Virus record (IMG/VR): IMGVR_UViG_3300022700_000186
Source of the DNA: an uncultured virus (IMG/VR IMGVR_UViG_3300022700_000186)
Taxonomy: Duplodnaviria; Heunggongvirae; Uroviricota; Caudoviricetes
DNA length: 64,000 nucleotides
Strand: one strand, 5' to 3'
Both the position numbers and the translations under genes were made by a program. Shown here piece by piece: positions 37,347 through 46,275 of this stretch. The notes under the pieces are model-generated. The model saw only the letters and a list, made by a program, of their open reading frames with translations. It had not been told where the DNA came from and did no database searches. Every line of letters begins with the position of its first letter. The first letter of the stretch is position 1.

Positions 37347-37544
37347 CCCCTTATATTTATTTAAAAAACTATGGAGGAAGACATAAGTGAGAACTGTTTT
37401 TGAATTATTACATTATTATTATTTTCCGTTTTATCAGATTTATTTGTCTATTTACTCAATACTAAGTGGTAGAAAAAAGGTGGTTTGTTGTAAAGGAGGG
37501 GTATGTCTTCCTCCCTTCTCCTTTACAAAAAGGATGTTATGATT

Positions 37545-38987
37545 ATGGAAAAAATTAGAGAAAAACCAAGAAAGAAAAACATAGGAATAAAGACTAAACC
37601 ATTGAGACTTGGAAAACCAACAAACCTATTTGGTGGAAGAGGGAAAAAACCATCCTGGTTTAACGATAAAGTTTGGGGAACAGAAAATCCAAGAGTTGTC
37701 ACAAAAGAAGGTGAAAGAAGAGGTCCACCAACAATTGGTAGAACAATGAATGTATCAAAAAAAGTAGATTTGTTTGGTGGAAGAGGAAGGAGACCATCTT
37801 GGTTTAATGATAATATTTGGACACAAAGTAGAGATTCAGATTTTGATGGTGTACCAGATAGCAAAGATTGCAATCCAAGAAACCCTTGGTTACAAGATGA
37901 AGATAAAGGTAGAGTGAACTTTGAACCAGCAACCAGAGTTCCAACAGGAGAAAACTTTGAAGAAGCAACTGGAGATGAACAGTTTGATGAAGGTATGGAA
38001 GATAGTAATAATCTTCCTGTTATATATGAACCACAAAACGTAGAAGAAGTACAACAACAATCAATTCAAAACGTAGGAGAAACAGGATTACAAGAACAAA
38101 AAGAAATCATATCATACGATGATATAGAGCCAGCAGATAGTGAACCAGAAATGAAATTTGTTGGTGGTGATTCTGTATCTCAAGAACCTACTAAACCAGA
38201 TTTTATTGATAATGATGACGTTGAGCTTTCAGAAAATGAACCCATGTGGTATCTATACTACAGATTAGAAGATGGTAAATGGTACCTTGATGACGCTTAT
38301 GAAGAAAGTGAACTTCAAGCTGCATTTCAAAGATTAGATAACTACCCAGGAATTGTTGAAACTCGAGTATCAAAAGAAGATATTTTAAAACAACTGAACA
38401 GACAACTTGGATTAAAAAATGTTGGAGATACATTATCAAAAGCAGCTAGCAAAGTCGGTGATTATACAGAAAGACAGCAATTTAAAGGAAACTTACAGCA
38501 ACAATTACAAGGAGCAAAACAGAACTATCAAAGACCTCAAAGAAGAAGACCTCAAAGAATACCTCAAAGAACAAGAAGACCGAGTGTACCGACGCAATCA
38601 ATGATTAGAACGCGACAACCAACGCAACAACCGAACATTAATATCTATCAACAAGAAAGAGTATTACCACCGAATGGGAACGGTGTTGGAAGGGTTCAAC
38701 AGTACTCTCCAGTTACCGCTCAACAATCAACTGTACCACGAGTTACAAGACAATATCAACCATTTGGTGCAAATAACCAATATCAAAATCCAAATTATGA
38801 CATGGGTGTTAAAAGAAAATTTACACCAGGAATACATAAACCTAATCCTATGAGCATTAATTTATCAAATACAAGCTCTGGTACAGGTTTAGGAAAAAGA
38901 AGAGAAGGTTCTCCTGTTACAAGACCGAAGTTTATGATTCCGATGGGAGATATAAAATTCCTTCGTTTTGGGAGAAGATTAGAATGA
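37545..38987 (+). CDS. Low-complexity protein with two W-tag repeats and a D-rich tag
   Basis: LFGGRGxxPSWFNDxxW x2; RDSDFDGVPDSKDCNPRNPWLQD; upstream IR ttgtaaaggag/ctcctttacaa. Confidence 0.7.
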   Translation: MEKIREKPRKKNIGIKTKPLRLGKPTNLFGGRGKKPSWFNDKVWGTENPRVVTKEGERRGPPTIGRTMNVSKKVDLFGGRGRRPSWFNDNIWTQSRDSDFDGVPDSKDCNPRNPWLQDEDKGRVNFEPATRVPTGENFEEATGDEQFDEGMEDSNNLPVIYEPQNVEEVQQQSIQNVGETGLQEQKEIISYDDIEPADSEPEMKFVGGDSVSQEPTKPDFIDNDDVELSENEPMWYLYYRLEDGKWYLDDAYEESELQAAFQRLDNYPGIVETRVSKEDILKQLNRQLGLKNVGDTLSKAASKVGDYTERQQFKGNLQQQLQGAKQNYQRPQRRRPQRIPQRTRRPSVPTQSMIRTRQPTQQPNINIYQQERVLPPNGNGVGRVQQYSPVTAQQSTVPRVTRQYQPFGANNQYQNPNYDMGVKRKFTPGIHKPNPMSINLSNTSSGTGLGKRREGSPVTRPKFMIPMGDIKFLRFGRRLE

Positions 38988-39304
38988 AGAAAAGTGAGTT
39001 TAGATTAAGTAGTAAAGAAGCAGAAAAAGGAATTTTCAAACTAAAGAAAGACATTCCTGTAGCTGCAAATTGGATACGAGAAAAAGTGGCAAAAAAACAA
39101 TTAGACACAGAATCTAAACCATTAGGTTTTCCTGATACAAAGTACTTCGACGGACATAAATACACGTTCTACGGAATGGTGAGTGACAAGGCAAAAGCTC
39201 GTGAACTTTCCAATAAGGTAAGAAAAACTGGTAGGTATGCACGAATTGAGCCAATGTTTAACAATAAATGGATTGTCTGGAAAGGTACTTGGTATAAGAA
39301 ATAA
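38984..39304 (+). CDS. Basic protein
   Basis: KAKARELSNKVRKTGRYARI. Confidence 0.65.
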   Translation: MKKSEFRLSSKEAEKGIFKLKKDIPVAANWIREKVAKKQLDTESKPLGFPDTKYFDGHKYTFYGMVSDKAKARELSNKVRKTGRYARIEPMFNNKWIVWKGTWYKK

Positions 39305-39318
39305 AAGGAGGTGAAAAA

Positions 39319-39465
39319 ATGGCAGAACATGGACCGTTTAAAAACAAAGAAAACGCAAGAAAATTCGCAACTAAAATGCGAAAGAAAGGGTTTAACGCAA
39401 CTCTCTATCAAGCAAAGGGTACAACCCCTAGAAAGCAATGGAAAGTAAGCGTAACAAGAAATTAA
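39319..39465 (+). CDS. 48-aa basic SPOR-like microprotein
   Basis: MAEHGPFKNKENARKFATKMRKKGFNA..WKVSV; SD GGAGGTGA. Confidence 0.7.
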   Translation: MAEHGPFKNKENARKFATKMRKKGFNATLYQAKGTTPRKQWKVSVTRN

Positions 39466-39469
39466 GGAG

Positions 39470-40381
39470 ATGAATAAAATGAAAAGAAAAGCTAGGTTTG
39501 GTTTCATGGACCCAAAGGTGATAATGTCAGTAGTGGTATCGCTCATTATACTTGTAGTGGGTGTACTTGCTGTGGCAACGGTGACAACCCAAACAGATGA
39601 TTTCTCGGAAACAGTGAATATCGAAACATCAACAGAAAGTTACAATGAAAGGTACGTTGACGATGACAATGATACGAATCCAAGTCAAGATTGGTATTCA
39701 TATTATGAATCTGGACTTCCTTACGCAAATGTAACGAATCTGACAACAGAAAACAGCTTCCGTATGAACACAACAGTCGGTTCTGATACAACAGGAGGAG
39801 TTATGTATAACTTCACCACAGCAGATGATTATGAAACAATTGAAACTGTTGTACGAATCAATGCTTCGTTGCACAATCATACAATTGTAACGATTGGTTC
39901 TTGGATTTCTCCATTAGGAACAGATGGTGCTATTGCATATTGGGAAATCAACACGTCATACATAGCGTTCTTTGTGCTAACAACAGGAACAGATGTATAC
40001 ACTGAAGTTTGGAATAATACCATTGATAATATGACATGGTATCAACTTACAGCAACACTTGATTACGACACCTACAATATCAACGGTAAACTCTATAATG
40101 TATCTTCATCAACTACTATGAACAACAGTGGAGCAACTTGTGTTTACGAGTTTACTAATGTAACACAATCATTCTGGGCTATTAACGAAGCTAACGGTGA
40201 TGATAGTTGTCATATCTGGTTCAACTCGTTCACGTTAACCGACACTGATAGAACAAGTGGAGAAGCACCAGTTGATGTTATGGCAACAGCAAACAGTGTT
40301 TTCGGTATCATAGGTATTGTTTTGATAGTATCCGCTATCATGGCGATAATCGGACTGATGTATCCATACCTTCGGTCGTAA
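39470..40381 (+). CDS. MCP paralog with an inserted glycosylated beta domain (minor capsid/spike)
   Basis: FGFMDP..VVVSLIIL.VGV and NSVFGIIGIVLI match the 37050 termini. Confidence 0.75.
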   Translation: MNKMKRKARFGFMDPKVIMSVVVSLIILVVGVLAVATVTTQTDDFSETVNIETSTESYNERYVDDDNDTNPSQDWYSYYESGLPYANVTNLTTENSFRMNTTVGSDTTGGVMYNFTTADDYETIETVVRINASLHNHTIVTIGSWISPLGTDGAIAYWEINTSYIAFFVLTTGTDVYTEVWNNTIDNMTWYQLTATLDYDTYNINGKLYNVSSSTTMNNSGATCVYEFTNVTQSFWAINEANGDDSCHIWFNSFTLTDTDRTSGEAPVDVMATANSVFGIIGIVLIVSAIMAIIGLMYPYLRS

Positions 40382-40511
40382 TGAGACCTAAAAAACGGAA
40401 TTAGTTGAATCAGAATTTTTTCTGATTCTTCTTCATATTCCAAACAAAACAAAGATGATAATATGATATTTGGATTAATTGAAGATGAATTCTTAAGTTC
40501 AATCAAAGGAG

Positions 40512-40757
40512 TTGGTCAAATTGAATGCAAGTAGTATTGGCAGTTCAGTTGGTAGTATATTAGGCTGGGGAATCGGTTTAGGATTACTTGCTCATACAGC
40601 TAAGAATGTAGCAAGAACAACAGATGAAATGTATCAACCTGCTCGAAACAAAGTTAGGATGAAAAGGAGAGGTAATGTAAGAACCAGACATCGAATGCAC
40701 AGAACAACCAGAATGAAAACTAACCAACCTAGATTGAACATACCAAATTACTGGTGA
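40512..40757 (+). CDS. Protein with Gly-rich hydrophobic N-terminus and Arg-rich tail
   Basis: ORF track. Confidence 0.6.
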   Translation: MVKLNASSIGSSVGSILGWGIGLGLLAHTAKNVARTTDEMYQPARNKVRMKRRGNVRTRHRMHRTTRMKTNQPRLNIPNYW

Positions 40758-40763
40758 TATTAA

Positions 40764-41045
40764 ATGTACAAAACAAGAGTACCTAAAGACTTGCATAGAT
40801 TGAAAGTAGACGAAGTGAAACCTTTCTATGTTGTGGAATATCCAACAAGGGATGCGCAACTTATTGATATTTTATTTGAGTGTGACCCGCTGGGTTTAAT
40901 GCTCCAACATCAAGGTGGATTAGAAATAAATCATGTCGCTGGATTTTTCACAAACAAGGCAAGAGCAAAGAAATTTGCTGAAAAACTGCTAAAAGAAAAG
41001 TTCGCAGGAAAAAGAAAATATGAATATAAATTCCCAAAATGGTGA
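40764..41045 (+). CDS. Hypothetical protein
   Basis: GGTGA SD; FFTNKARAKKFA. Confidence 0.65.
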   Translation: MYKTRVPKDLHRLKVDEVKPFYVVEYPTRDAQLIDILFECDPLGLMLQHQGGLEINHVAGFFTNKARAKKFAEKLLKEKFAGKRKYEYKFPKW

Positions 41046-41051
41046 TTAAAA

Positions 41052-41234
41052 ATGGTAGGACCAGATATGTTACATAAAGGATGGGGTTATTACAAAAACA
41101 AGAAAAGTCTTGAAAAAACAAAAAAAGCGATTAAGATAGGAAGAAAATTTGGTGGATTTAAAGGTCAGAGATTGAAAGTGCTTAAATCTGATGATTCAGA
41201 TTATAAGTATCGTGTAAGAATGGTGGAAAGATGA
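41052..41234 (+). CDS. Small basic protein
   Basis: GGTGA SD. Confidence 0.55.
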   Translation: MVGPDMLHKGWGYYKNKKSLEKTKKAIKIGRKFGGFKGQRLKVLKSDDSDYKYRVRMVER

Positions 41235-41650
41235 ATTGGAAAGATGATGTATGGGGAGTAAGTAAATCCTTTAAACTTGGAACTGGTGAAATAGAAAAAG
41301 GAAAAAGTAAAAAAATATACTTTGAGTTTTCGTTAAAAATGAAACCAGAATGGTTTACTTGGCACCCTAACGCAAAAGACAAATTTGTAGAACATTTTCA
41401 AAAAAATCATGCTTCAGATACATATCAAGGAAACATTGATTTTAATGTTTATGCAACAGATTGGGACAGAAAAGGTGTATTTGGTGAGGGAACGTTTGTT
41501 ATTCCAGCTTCTTATGTAGAAGATATCAAAACGAAATCAGATTACAAAGAAGTAGCTATGGATGCATTATCAAGTATCATGTCTTTTGATTTAAGTTCAC
41601 AAGAAAGATATATGATTGAAGATTATAAAGTTGATAACATTACAACATAA
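41231..41650 (+). CDS. Hypothetical protein with N-terminal W-tag
   Basis: MNWKDDVWGV. Confidence 0.7.
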   Translation: MNWKDDVWGVSKSFKLGTGEIEKGKSKKIYFEFSLKMKPEWFTWHPNAKDKFVEHFQKNHASDTYQGNIDFNVYATDWDRKGVFGEGTFVIPASYVEDIKTKSDYKEVAMDALSSIMSFDLSSQERYMIEDYKVDNITT

Positions 41651-41665
41651 TAAGGAGGTATGAAA

Positions 41666-41743
41666 ATGGCAAAAAAAAGAAAGTACTACTATCGAAAAGT
41701 AAATGGAAAAAGAAAACGCTGTAAAATGCCAAAGAGACGTTAG
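41666..41743 (+). CDS. 25-aa protamine-like microprotein
   Basis: MAKKRKYYYRKVNGKRKRCKMPKRR; SD AAGGAGGT. Confidence 0.55.
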   Translation: MAKKRKYYYRKVNGKRKRCKMPKRR

Positions 41744-41879
41744 TATGGGAAAGGTTATTTATCCTAAAAAAAGAGCATTCAAAGGTCGCGTTAAAGTAAT
41801 TGATGTTGAACCAGTGAAATTCAAACTTTCCTGCGGTGATAAATTCATACATGTTGGAAGTACAGATTATATAAGGTGA

Positions 41880-42158
41880 ATGATGATGAGCGAATTACCA
41901 ATTGAAAGAAGATACAAACCAGAAAAATACAAAGGTAGATTGGTAAGATTTAAAAAATATGTCAATCCACCACATCTTGGTTTGAAAAAACCTGTTATTG
42001 CATATTGGAAAGATAAAGAACCAGTCTTTAATTTTTATGGTACAAGTAATCATTTTGATGGTTTTAAAAAAGTTGATTTGCATAGGGCAGGAAGAACAAA
42101 ATCAGAAGCATTTAAAGAAGCAAAGAAAGAAATTAATATATTATCAAGATGGGAATAA
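41880..42158 (+). CDS. Basic hypothetical protein
   Basis: GRTKSEAFKEAKK. Confidence 0.6.
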   Translation: MMMSELPIERRYKPEKYKGRLVRFKKYVNPPHLGLKKPVIAYWKDKEPVFNFYGTSNHFDGFKKVDLHRAGRTKSEAFKEAKKEINILSRWE

Positions 42159-42159
42159 A

Positions 42160-42234
42160 ATGAGAAGAAGAAAACCTAAAAGAAGTAGCAGAATAAGAAC
42201 TCCTAAGTGGAAAAGAATAAAGATGAAAAGGTGA
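42160..42234 (+). CDS. 24-aa protamine-like microprotein
   Basis: MRRRKPKRSSRIRTPKWKRIKMKR. Confidence 0.45.
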   Translation: MRRRKPKRSSRIRTPKWKRIKMKR

Positions 42235-42238
42235 AAAA

Positions 42239-42388
42239 ATGGCATATGCACTTTATAGGAAAGGAGAAAAAGCAAAAAATTATAAAAAAATAGCTGTCTT
42301 CAAACGGAAACGTGATGCAAAGGAATTTGCAATATCCGAGATACCATTGAAAGATAACTATCGAATTCGAAAAGTTAAGGATTTATAA
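42239..42388 (+). CDS. 49-aa basic microprotein
   Basis: AVFKRKRDAKEFA; GGTGA SD. Confidence 0.6.
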   Translation: MAYALYRKGEKAKNYKKIAVFKRKRDAKEFAISEIPLKDNYRIRKVKDL

Positions 42389-42392
42389 TTTT

Positions 42393-42782
42393 ATGAAATT
42401 AAGTAAGGTAAAAGGTTATTTTTATCATCAGACCAACAGCTGGTCAGCAAAGAACATAATGGAAGAAGGGTTCTTTGTTGAAAGTGGTGGAAATCAACGT
42501 TTTACCGAGGGAATTTATTTACTTTCACACCCCGAAGGTGACTTTGGGGATACAACATTAAAGGTTCTTGTTAAAGGTAAATTTATTGATTTATCGGATG
42601 ATTTATACGGTAATGATTGGGTTGATTTCAAAAGACAATATTGGAAAGGTAACTATACAGATTTAACCGAAGATATCAAAAAAGATTACCCGAAAGCTGA
42701 TGGTATACTATTCAATGGAATGTTAGTTGTTTGGTACCCAAATAAGATAAAAGAAATACAGTATCATAAGAGATTGTTGTAA
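42393..42782 (+). CDS. ADP-ribosyltransferase-fold protein (ART 2)
   Basis: FYHQT..AKNIMEEGF..GIYL..DGI..LVVW. Confidence 0.65.
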   Translation: MKLSKVKGYFYHQTNSWSAKNIMEEGFFVESGGNQRFTEGIYLLSHPEGDFGDTTLKVLVKGKFIDLSDDLYGNDWVDFKRQYWKGNYTDLTEDIKKDYPKADGILFNGMLVVWYPNKIKEIQYHKRLL

Positions 42783-42791
42783 ATTAGAGGT

Positions 42792-43340
42792 ATGTTTATG
42801 AATTGGAAAGATGACTATTGGAGTAAAAAAAGAAGAAAAAGAATTACTTCTTTCAAACCAATTAATATACATTTTAACTTAGACACCGACAGAGATGGTG
42901 TTCCTGATTGGAAGGATTGTCAACCATTCAACCCTTTGAGACAAGACAAAAGAGTTCTTGATATAGGAGCAGGTTCAAGTCCAAATACATATGCGACACA
43001 TGCAATAGACCTCAGAGAACCAGAAATGAACTTTCCAGACATTGAATATAAATGGGGATATGATTTTAACAAAGAAACAACAAATTTACCATACCCATCA
43101 AATTATTTCGATATGGTTATAAGTACAGGAGGACTTGCAAGAAACTTTGAATCAAAAAATATTTTCAAAGAGATATTTCGAGTTCTTGTTCCTGGTGGTG
43201 TTTTAAAATTTAATGGAGATGTTATTTTTAAAGAAGCAAAAATTAGTCTTGAAAAATTTGGTTTTAGAACTGTGGAAGAAGAAGATATTTATGAACCTTA
43301 TTTAAACGAGTATGTTACATATATTGTTGCTTATAAATAG
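42792..43340 (+). CDS. Class I SAM-dependent methyltransferase with W-tag and D-rich tag
   Basis: VLDIGAG, LPYPSNYFDMV, EIFRVLVPGG. Confidence 0.85.
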   Translation: MFMNWKDDYWSKKRRKRITSFKPINIHFNLDTDRDGVPDWKDCQPFNPLRQDKRVLDIGAGSSPNTYATHAIDLREPEMNFPDIEYKWGYDFNKETTNLPYPSNYFDMVISTGGLARNFESKNIFKEIFRVLVPGGVLKFNGDVIFKEAKISLEKFGFRTVEEEDIYEPYLNEYVTYIVAYK

Positions 43341-43351
43341 GAGATAATAAT

Positions 43352-43777
43352 ATGAAATTTCCAGATTATTGGGGAGTAGGAAAAAACAGGACACATTTCA
43401 ACTTAGACACCGACAGAGATGGTGTACGAGATTTTGTAGATTGTAAACCTTTTAATCGGAGAAGACAAGGACATATAGAATTTGAAACGATGAATTCTTT
43501 ATACAGACTTATCTATGCGACACCAGAAGAATACCAACATTTACCAGTAGATGCAGAACCAGAATTTGTTCTTCAGAAGTTGGAAGGTGAAGGTCGTTTA
43601 GGAACAGTTGCATCAGCTCCCGAATCAGACCCTCCCTATATAAGTAGAGGTGTGTTAACTATGCCAGGATATCATACATCACTATTAGCAGACCCAGATT
43701 ATGTACAATCATTTCTGGATTCTTGTTGGAGCAGACCACCATCTGTTCAAGATAATTATAGGGTAGAAAGGATATGA
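43352..43777 (+). CDS. Hypothetical protein with W-tag and D-rich tag
   Basis: MKFPDYWGV..HFNLDTDRDGVRDFVDCKPFN. Confidence 0.7.
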   Translation: MKFPDYWGVGKNRTHFNLDTDRDGVRDFVDCKPFNRRRQGHIEFETMNSLYRLIYATPEEYQHLPVDAEPEFVLQKLEGEGRLGTVASAPESDPPYISRGVLTMPGYHTSLLADPDYVQSFLDSCWSRPPSVQDNYRVERI

Positions 43778-44214
43778 AATACTGGTATGTAAAAGAAGCA
43801 CAAGACATTAAAGTTCCTGTAAAAAATATAGGAGATTATGTATATCATTCAACATTAAAAACAAATTTCATTAGTATATCAAATGACATGATTTTATACC
43901 CTTCAGAAAAAACAAATTGGGGTGGTTCTTTAGGTGATAAATCAATAGGTAAGATATACTTTTCGAGAACAAAAAATGGTGCTGAATATTATGGAAACAT
44001 GCTTGAAGATACATTAACTTTAAAGATACCAGTAAATAATTTAAAAAATGCTTTCTATGATAAAGAATCAAAAAGTTATTTGTCAAAGGAAGATATTTAC
44101 ACAACAAAACCTGTCAGTTTAAAAAACTCATTTGTTTGGAATGGTGAAGAATGGAGAAAACTAAACAAAGATATGTGTGAAGCAATCGGATATGGTGAAT
44201 GGAATGAATATTAA
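43774..44214 (+). CDS. ADP-ribosyltransferase-fold protein (ART 3)
   Basis: VYHST..NFISI..KIYFS..AEYY..LKIP. Confidence 0.6.
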   Translation: MKYWYVKEAQDIKVPVKNIGDYVYHSTLKTNFISISNDMILYPSEKTNWGGSLGDKSIGKIYFSRTKNGAEYYGNMLEDTLTLKIPVNNLKNAFYDKESKSYLSKEDIYTTKPVSLKNSFVWNGEEWRKLNKDMCEAIGYGEWNEY

Positions 44215-44611
44215 CTGGACACTTGCATATGATAATCCGAGGTGGTGCAAAACAGTTTACATGTCACCATCTAAGTTCTTATCGTTAGCAATTCCCACAC
44301 CAAGCTATGATATGGGTAGTATTCAACACTTAAGTGGTACGAATGATTGGTCAACTCCTTATCTACGAGTTGATATAGATACAGGTAGAGTATTAGAACA
44401 TGAGGGAAGACATCGATGTCATATTTTGGAGCAAAAAGGTGTAAAGAAAATACCAGTTCAGTTATGCTTCTACAAACGAGAAGATGAACCATCGATGATG
44501 TGGGGAGTAGAAAAAAGAAGATTAAGACCGATTGATGCTATTAATTATCCAATTAGTAAATGTAATATTAAAGTAAGTCAACTAAAACCAGAACAACCTC
44601 ATAATTGGTGA
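44204..44611 (+). CDS. ParB/Srx-like domain protein
   Basis: MSPSKFL..PYL..EHEGRHR..GVKKIPV. Confidence 0.7.
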   Translation: MNINWTLAYDNPRWCKTVYMSPSKFLSLAIPTPSYDMGSIQHLSGTNDWSTPYLRVDIDTGRVLEHEGRHRCHILEQKGVKKIPVQLCFYKREDEPSMMWGVEKRRLRPIDAINYPISKCNIKVSQLKPEQPHNW

Positions 44612-44615
44612 AAAG

Positions 44616-45173
44616 ATGAAATGGAAAAAGAATAATGTTTGGAAAGTAAAACCTATTAAAATGAGATTTAACTTAGACACCGACAGAGATGGTGTTCCTG
44701 ATTGGAAGGATTGTCGACCTTTTGATTATTGGAGACAGCACGTAGACCCAGGAGATTGGTTAGATACTGAAGAACCTAAACCAACTTTGTTTAATGGAGA
44801 ATGGATGTCTACTAATAGGTATAAACGGAAGCCAAAAATATATAAACCTACAAGAGAGAATATAATTAGAAATGCTGAAAAAAGATATGAAGAAAAAGGA
44901 GAATATATGGATGACCTTGCTCTGTACATAGCACAAGTATATTTGGCTTCTTTATTAGGTATAAAGGATAGATTTACCAAAGAACTTCTTTCAAGAGCAG
45001 AAATATCTTATTATAATGAAGAAATTCTCGAATTGTTTGATAAAGATACAGGAGTGCATCATTTCGTTTATGTTGGTGATACTCAGAGTAATTTCCCATC
45101 ACTAATGTTATCAATAACAAGCGAAGATATGCGTACTTATGGAAGACGTAATGCTATTTCATTAATGCAATAG
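44616..45173 (+). CDS. Hypothetical protein with W-tag and D-rich tag
   Basis: MKWKKNNVWKV..RFNLDTDRDGVPDWKDCRPF. Confidence 0.7.
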   Translation: MKWKKNNVWKVKPIKMRFNLDTDRDGVPDWKDCRPFDYWRQHVDPGDWLDTEEPKPTLFNGEWMSTNRYKRKPKIYKPTRENIIRNAEKRYEEKGEYMDDLALYIAQVYLASLLGIKDRFTKELLSRAEISYYNEEILELFDKDTGVHHFVYVGDTQSNFPSLMLSITSEDMRTYGRRNAISLMQ

Positions 45174-45373
45174 TAAAGAAATCCAAGATAGAATAAATAG
45201 ATACTCATTTAAGTCGGGTGAAAATAGACAAGAATATGGAAAATTCTACGACCGACAAATAGGTATACTAAAAAAGAAATTAAAAATAGCAAAATCAAGA
45301 GAAAGCTTAAAAAGGAGAATATAAAAAATATTAGCCGAACTTATTTATAGTAGAAACATAATATATACACTTT

Positions 45374-45676
45374 ATGAATACAAAACGAGTGTTAAGAGAA
45401 ATAAAAAATATTAGAGAAAGTAACCTTACACACAGAGAAAAGGAGATTGCTCTACATAATTTAGAAAGAAAACATCAAGATGAACTATTTATCAAAACTG
45501 ACCTTTGCCCGAATTGTGGGCATTTAACAGTTGATGTATGGTTCAAAAAGGAGAGATTCTCAATGGAAACTGAAAAAGTTGATAGTAATGGATTATCAAA
45601 GAATCATCATCCTCCTAAAAAGAATTTGGGAAGTTTTGATGATAACGTTGATGAAAAAGGAAACATCAACCCGTAG
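45374..45676 (+). CDS. Hypothetical protein (CPNC), probably leaderless
   Basis: TATA-like tttatagt about 25 nt upstream. Confidence 0.55.
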   Translation: MNTKRVLREIKNIRESNLTHREKEIALHNLERKHQDELFIKTDLCPNCGHLTVDVWFKKERFSMETEKVDSNGLSKNHHPPKKNLGSFDDNVDEKGNINP

Positions 45677-45833
45677 GTTGATGAGGAAAGGTGAGAAGAT
45701 GAATAAAGAGGAAAAAACAAAAGTTAAAGACGCAGTTGAATTACTGGATGAAGCGTACGATGTATCAAAATTTTTACCTACACAAATATTAGAAGCAAAA
45801 CATGTTCTATTAAGCTTGTTGTGAGGTTGGAAT

Positions 45834-46046
45834 ATGAAAGAAATTTACAAATCTGGAAAGATGGTTCGGTACGAAACTGATAAAGGCAACAAAGTTGAGG
45901 TATACAAAGAACGGATTGGAGGTAAAACGTTTTGGTTTGTCGGGTTTGTTACAAAGGACAAAATCATCAATGCCAACAAAGATTTTGATTACAAAAAAGA
46001 TGCTATTGCATACGCAAAAAAAGTAGTTAAGAAGAAAGGGTGGTGA
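45834..46046 (+). CDS. Small basic protein
   Basis: FDYKKDAIAYAKK. Confidence 0.6.
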   Translation: MKEIYKSGKMVRYETDKGNKVEVYKERIGGKTFWFVGFVTKDKIINANKDFDYKKDAIAYAKKVVKKKGW

Positions 46047-46062
46047 ATGAGGGAGATTCAAA

Positions 46063-46275
46063 ATGTATGAAATAAGTGTTGGACCAAAGGGTAAACGCAT
46101 CACAGTGGAAACATGTGATACAAAAGCAGAAGCCAACAAAATCTTACGAGAATTAAAAAAACAAAGGAAATCAAAATTTAACTATAATCCCCGAATCAAA
46201 AAAGTATCAACAGAAAGAGAAAAGGAAATAAGAAAGCGAATAAAACAACTTATTGAAAGAACAAAATCCCGATGA
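46063..46275 (+). CDS. Small basic protein
   Basis: CDTKAEANKIL. Confidence 0.6.
   Translation: MYEISVGPKGKRITVETCDTKAEANKILRELKKQRKSKFNYNPRIKKVSTEREKEIRKRIKQLIERTKSR

Larger units (their letters stand above)
42873..44715 (+). repeat. Dispersed direct repeat encoding the D-rich tag
   Basis: 49 nt identical at 42873-42921 and 44667-44715; 26 nt of it at 43400-43425. Confidence 0.9.

Noticed and set aside
37503..37544. ORF-track start at 37503
   Set aside because: It lies inside an inverted repeat; ATGs at 37539 or 37545 after aagga are more plausible
9503..46046. Many small proteins end in Trp
   Set aside because: Largely explained by tggtga/tggtaa, where Trp plus stop doubles as the GGTGA-type SD of the next gene; not counted as a tag
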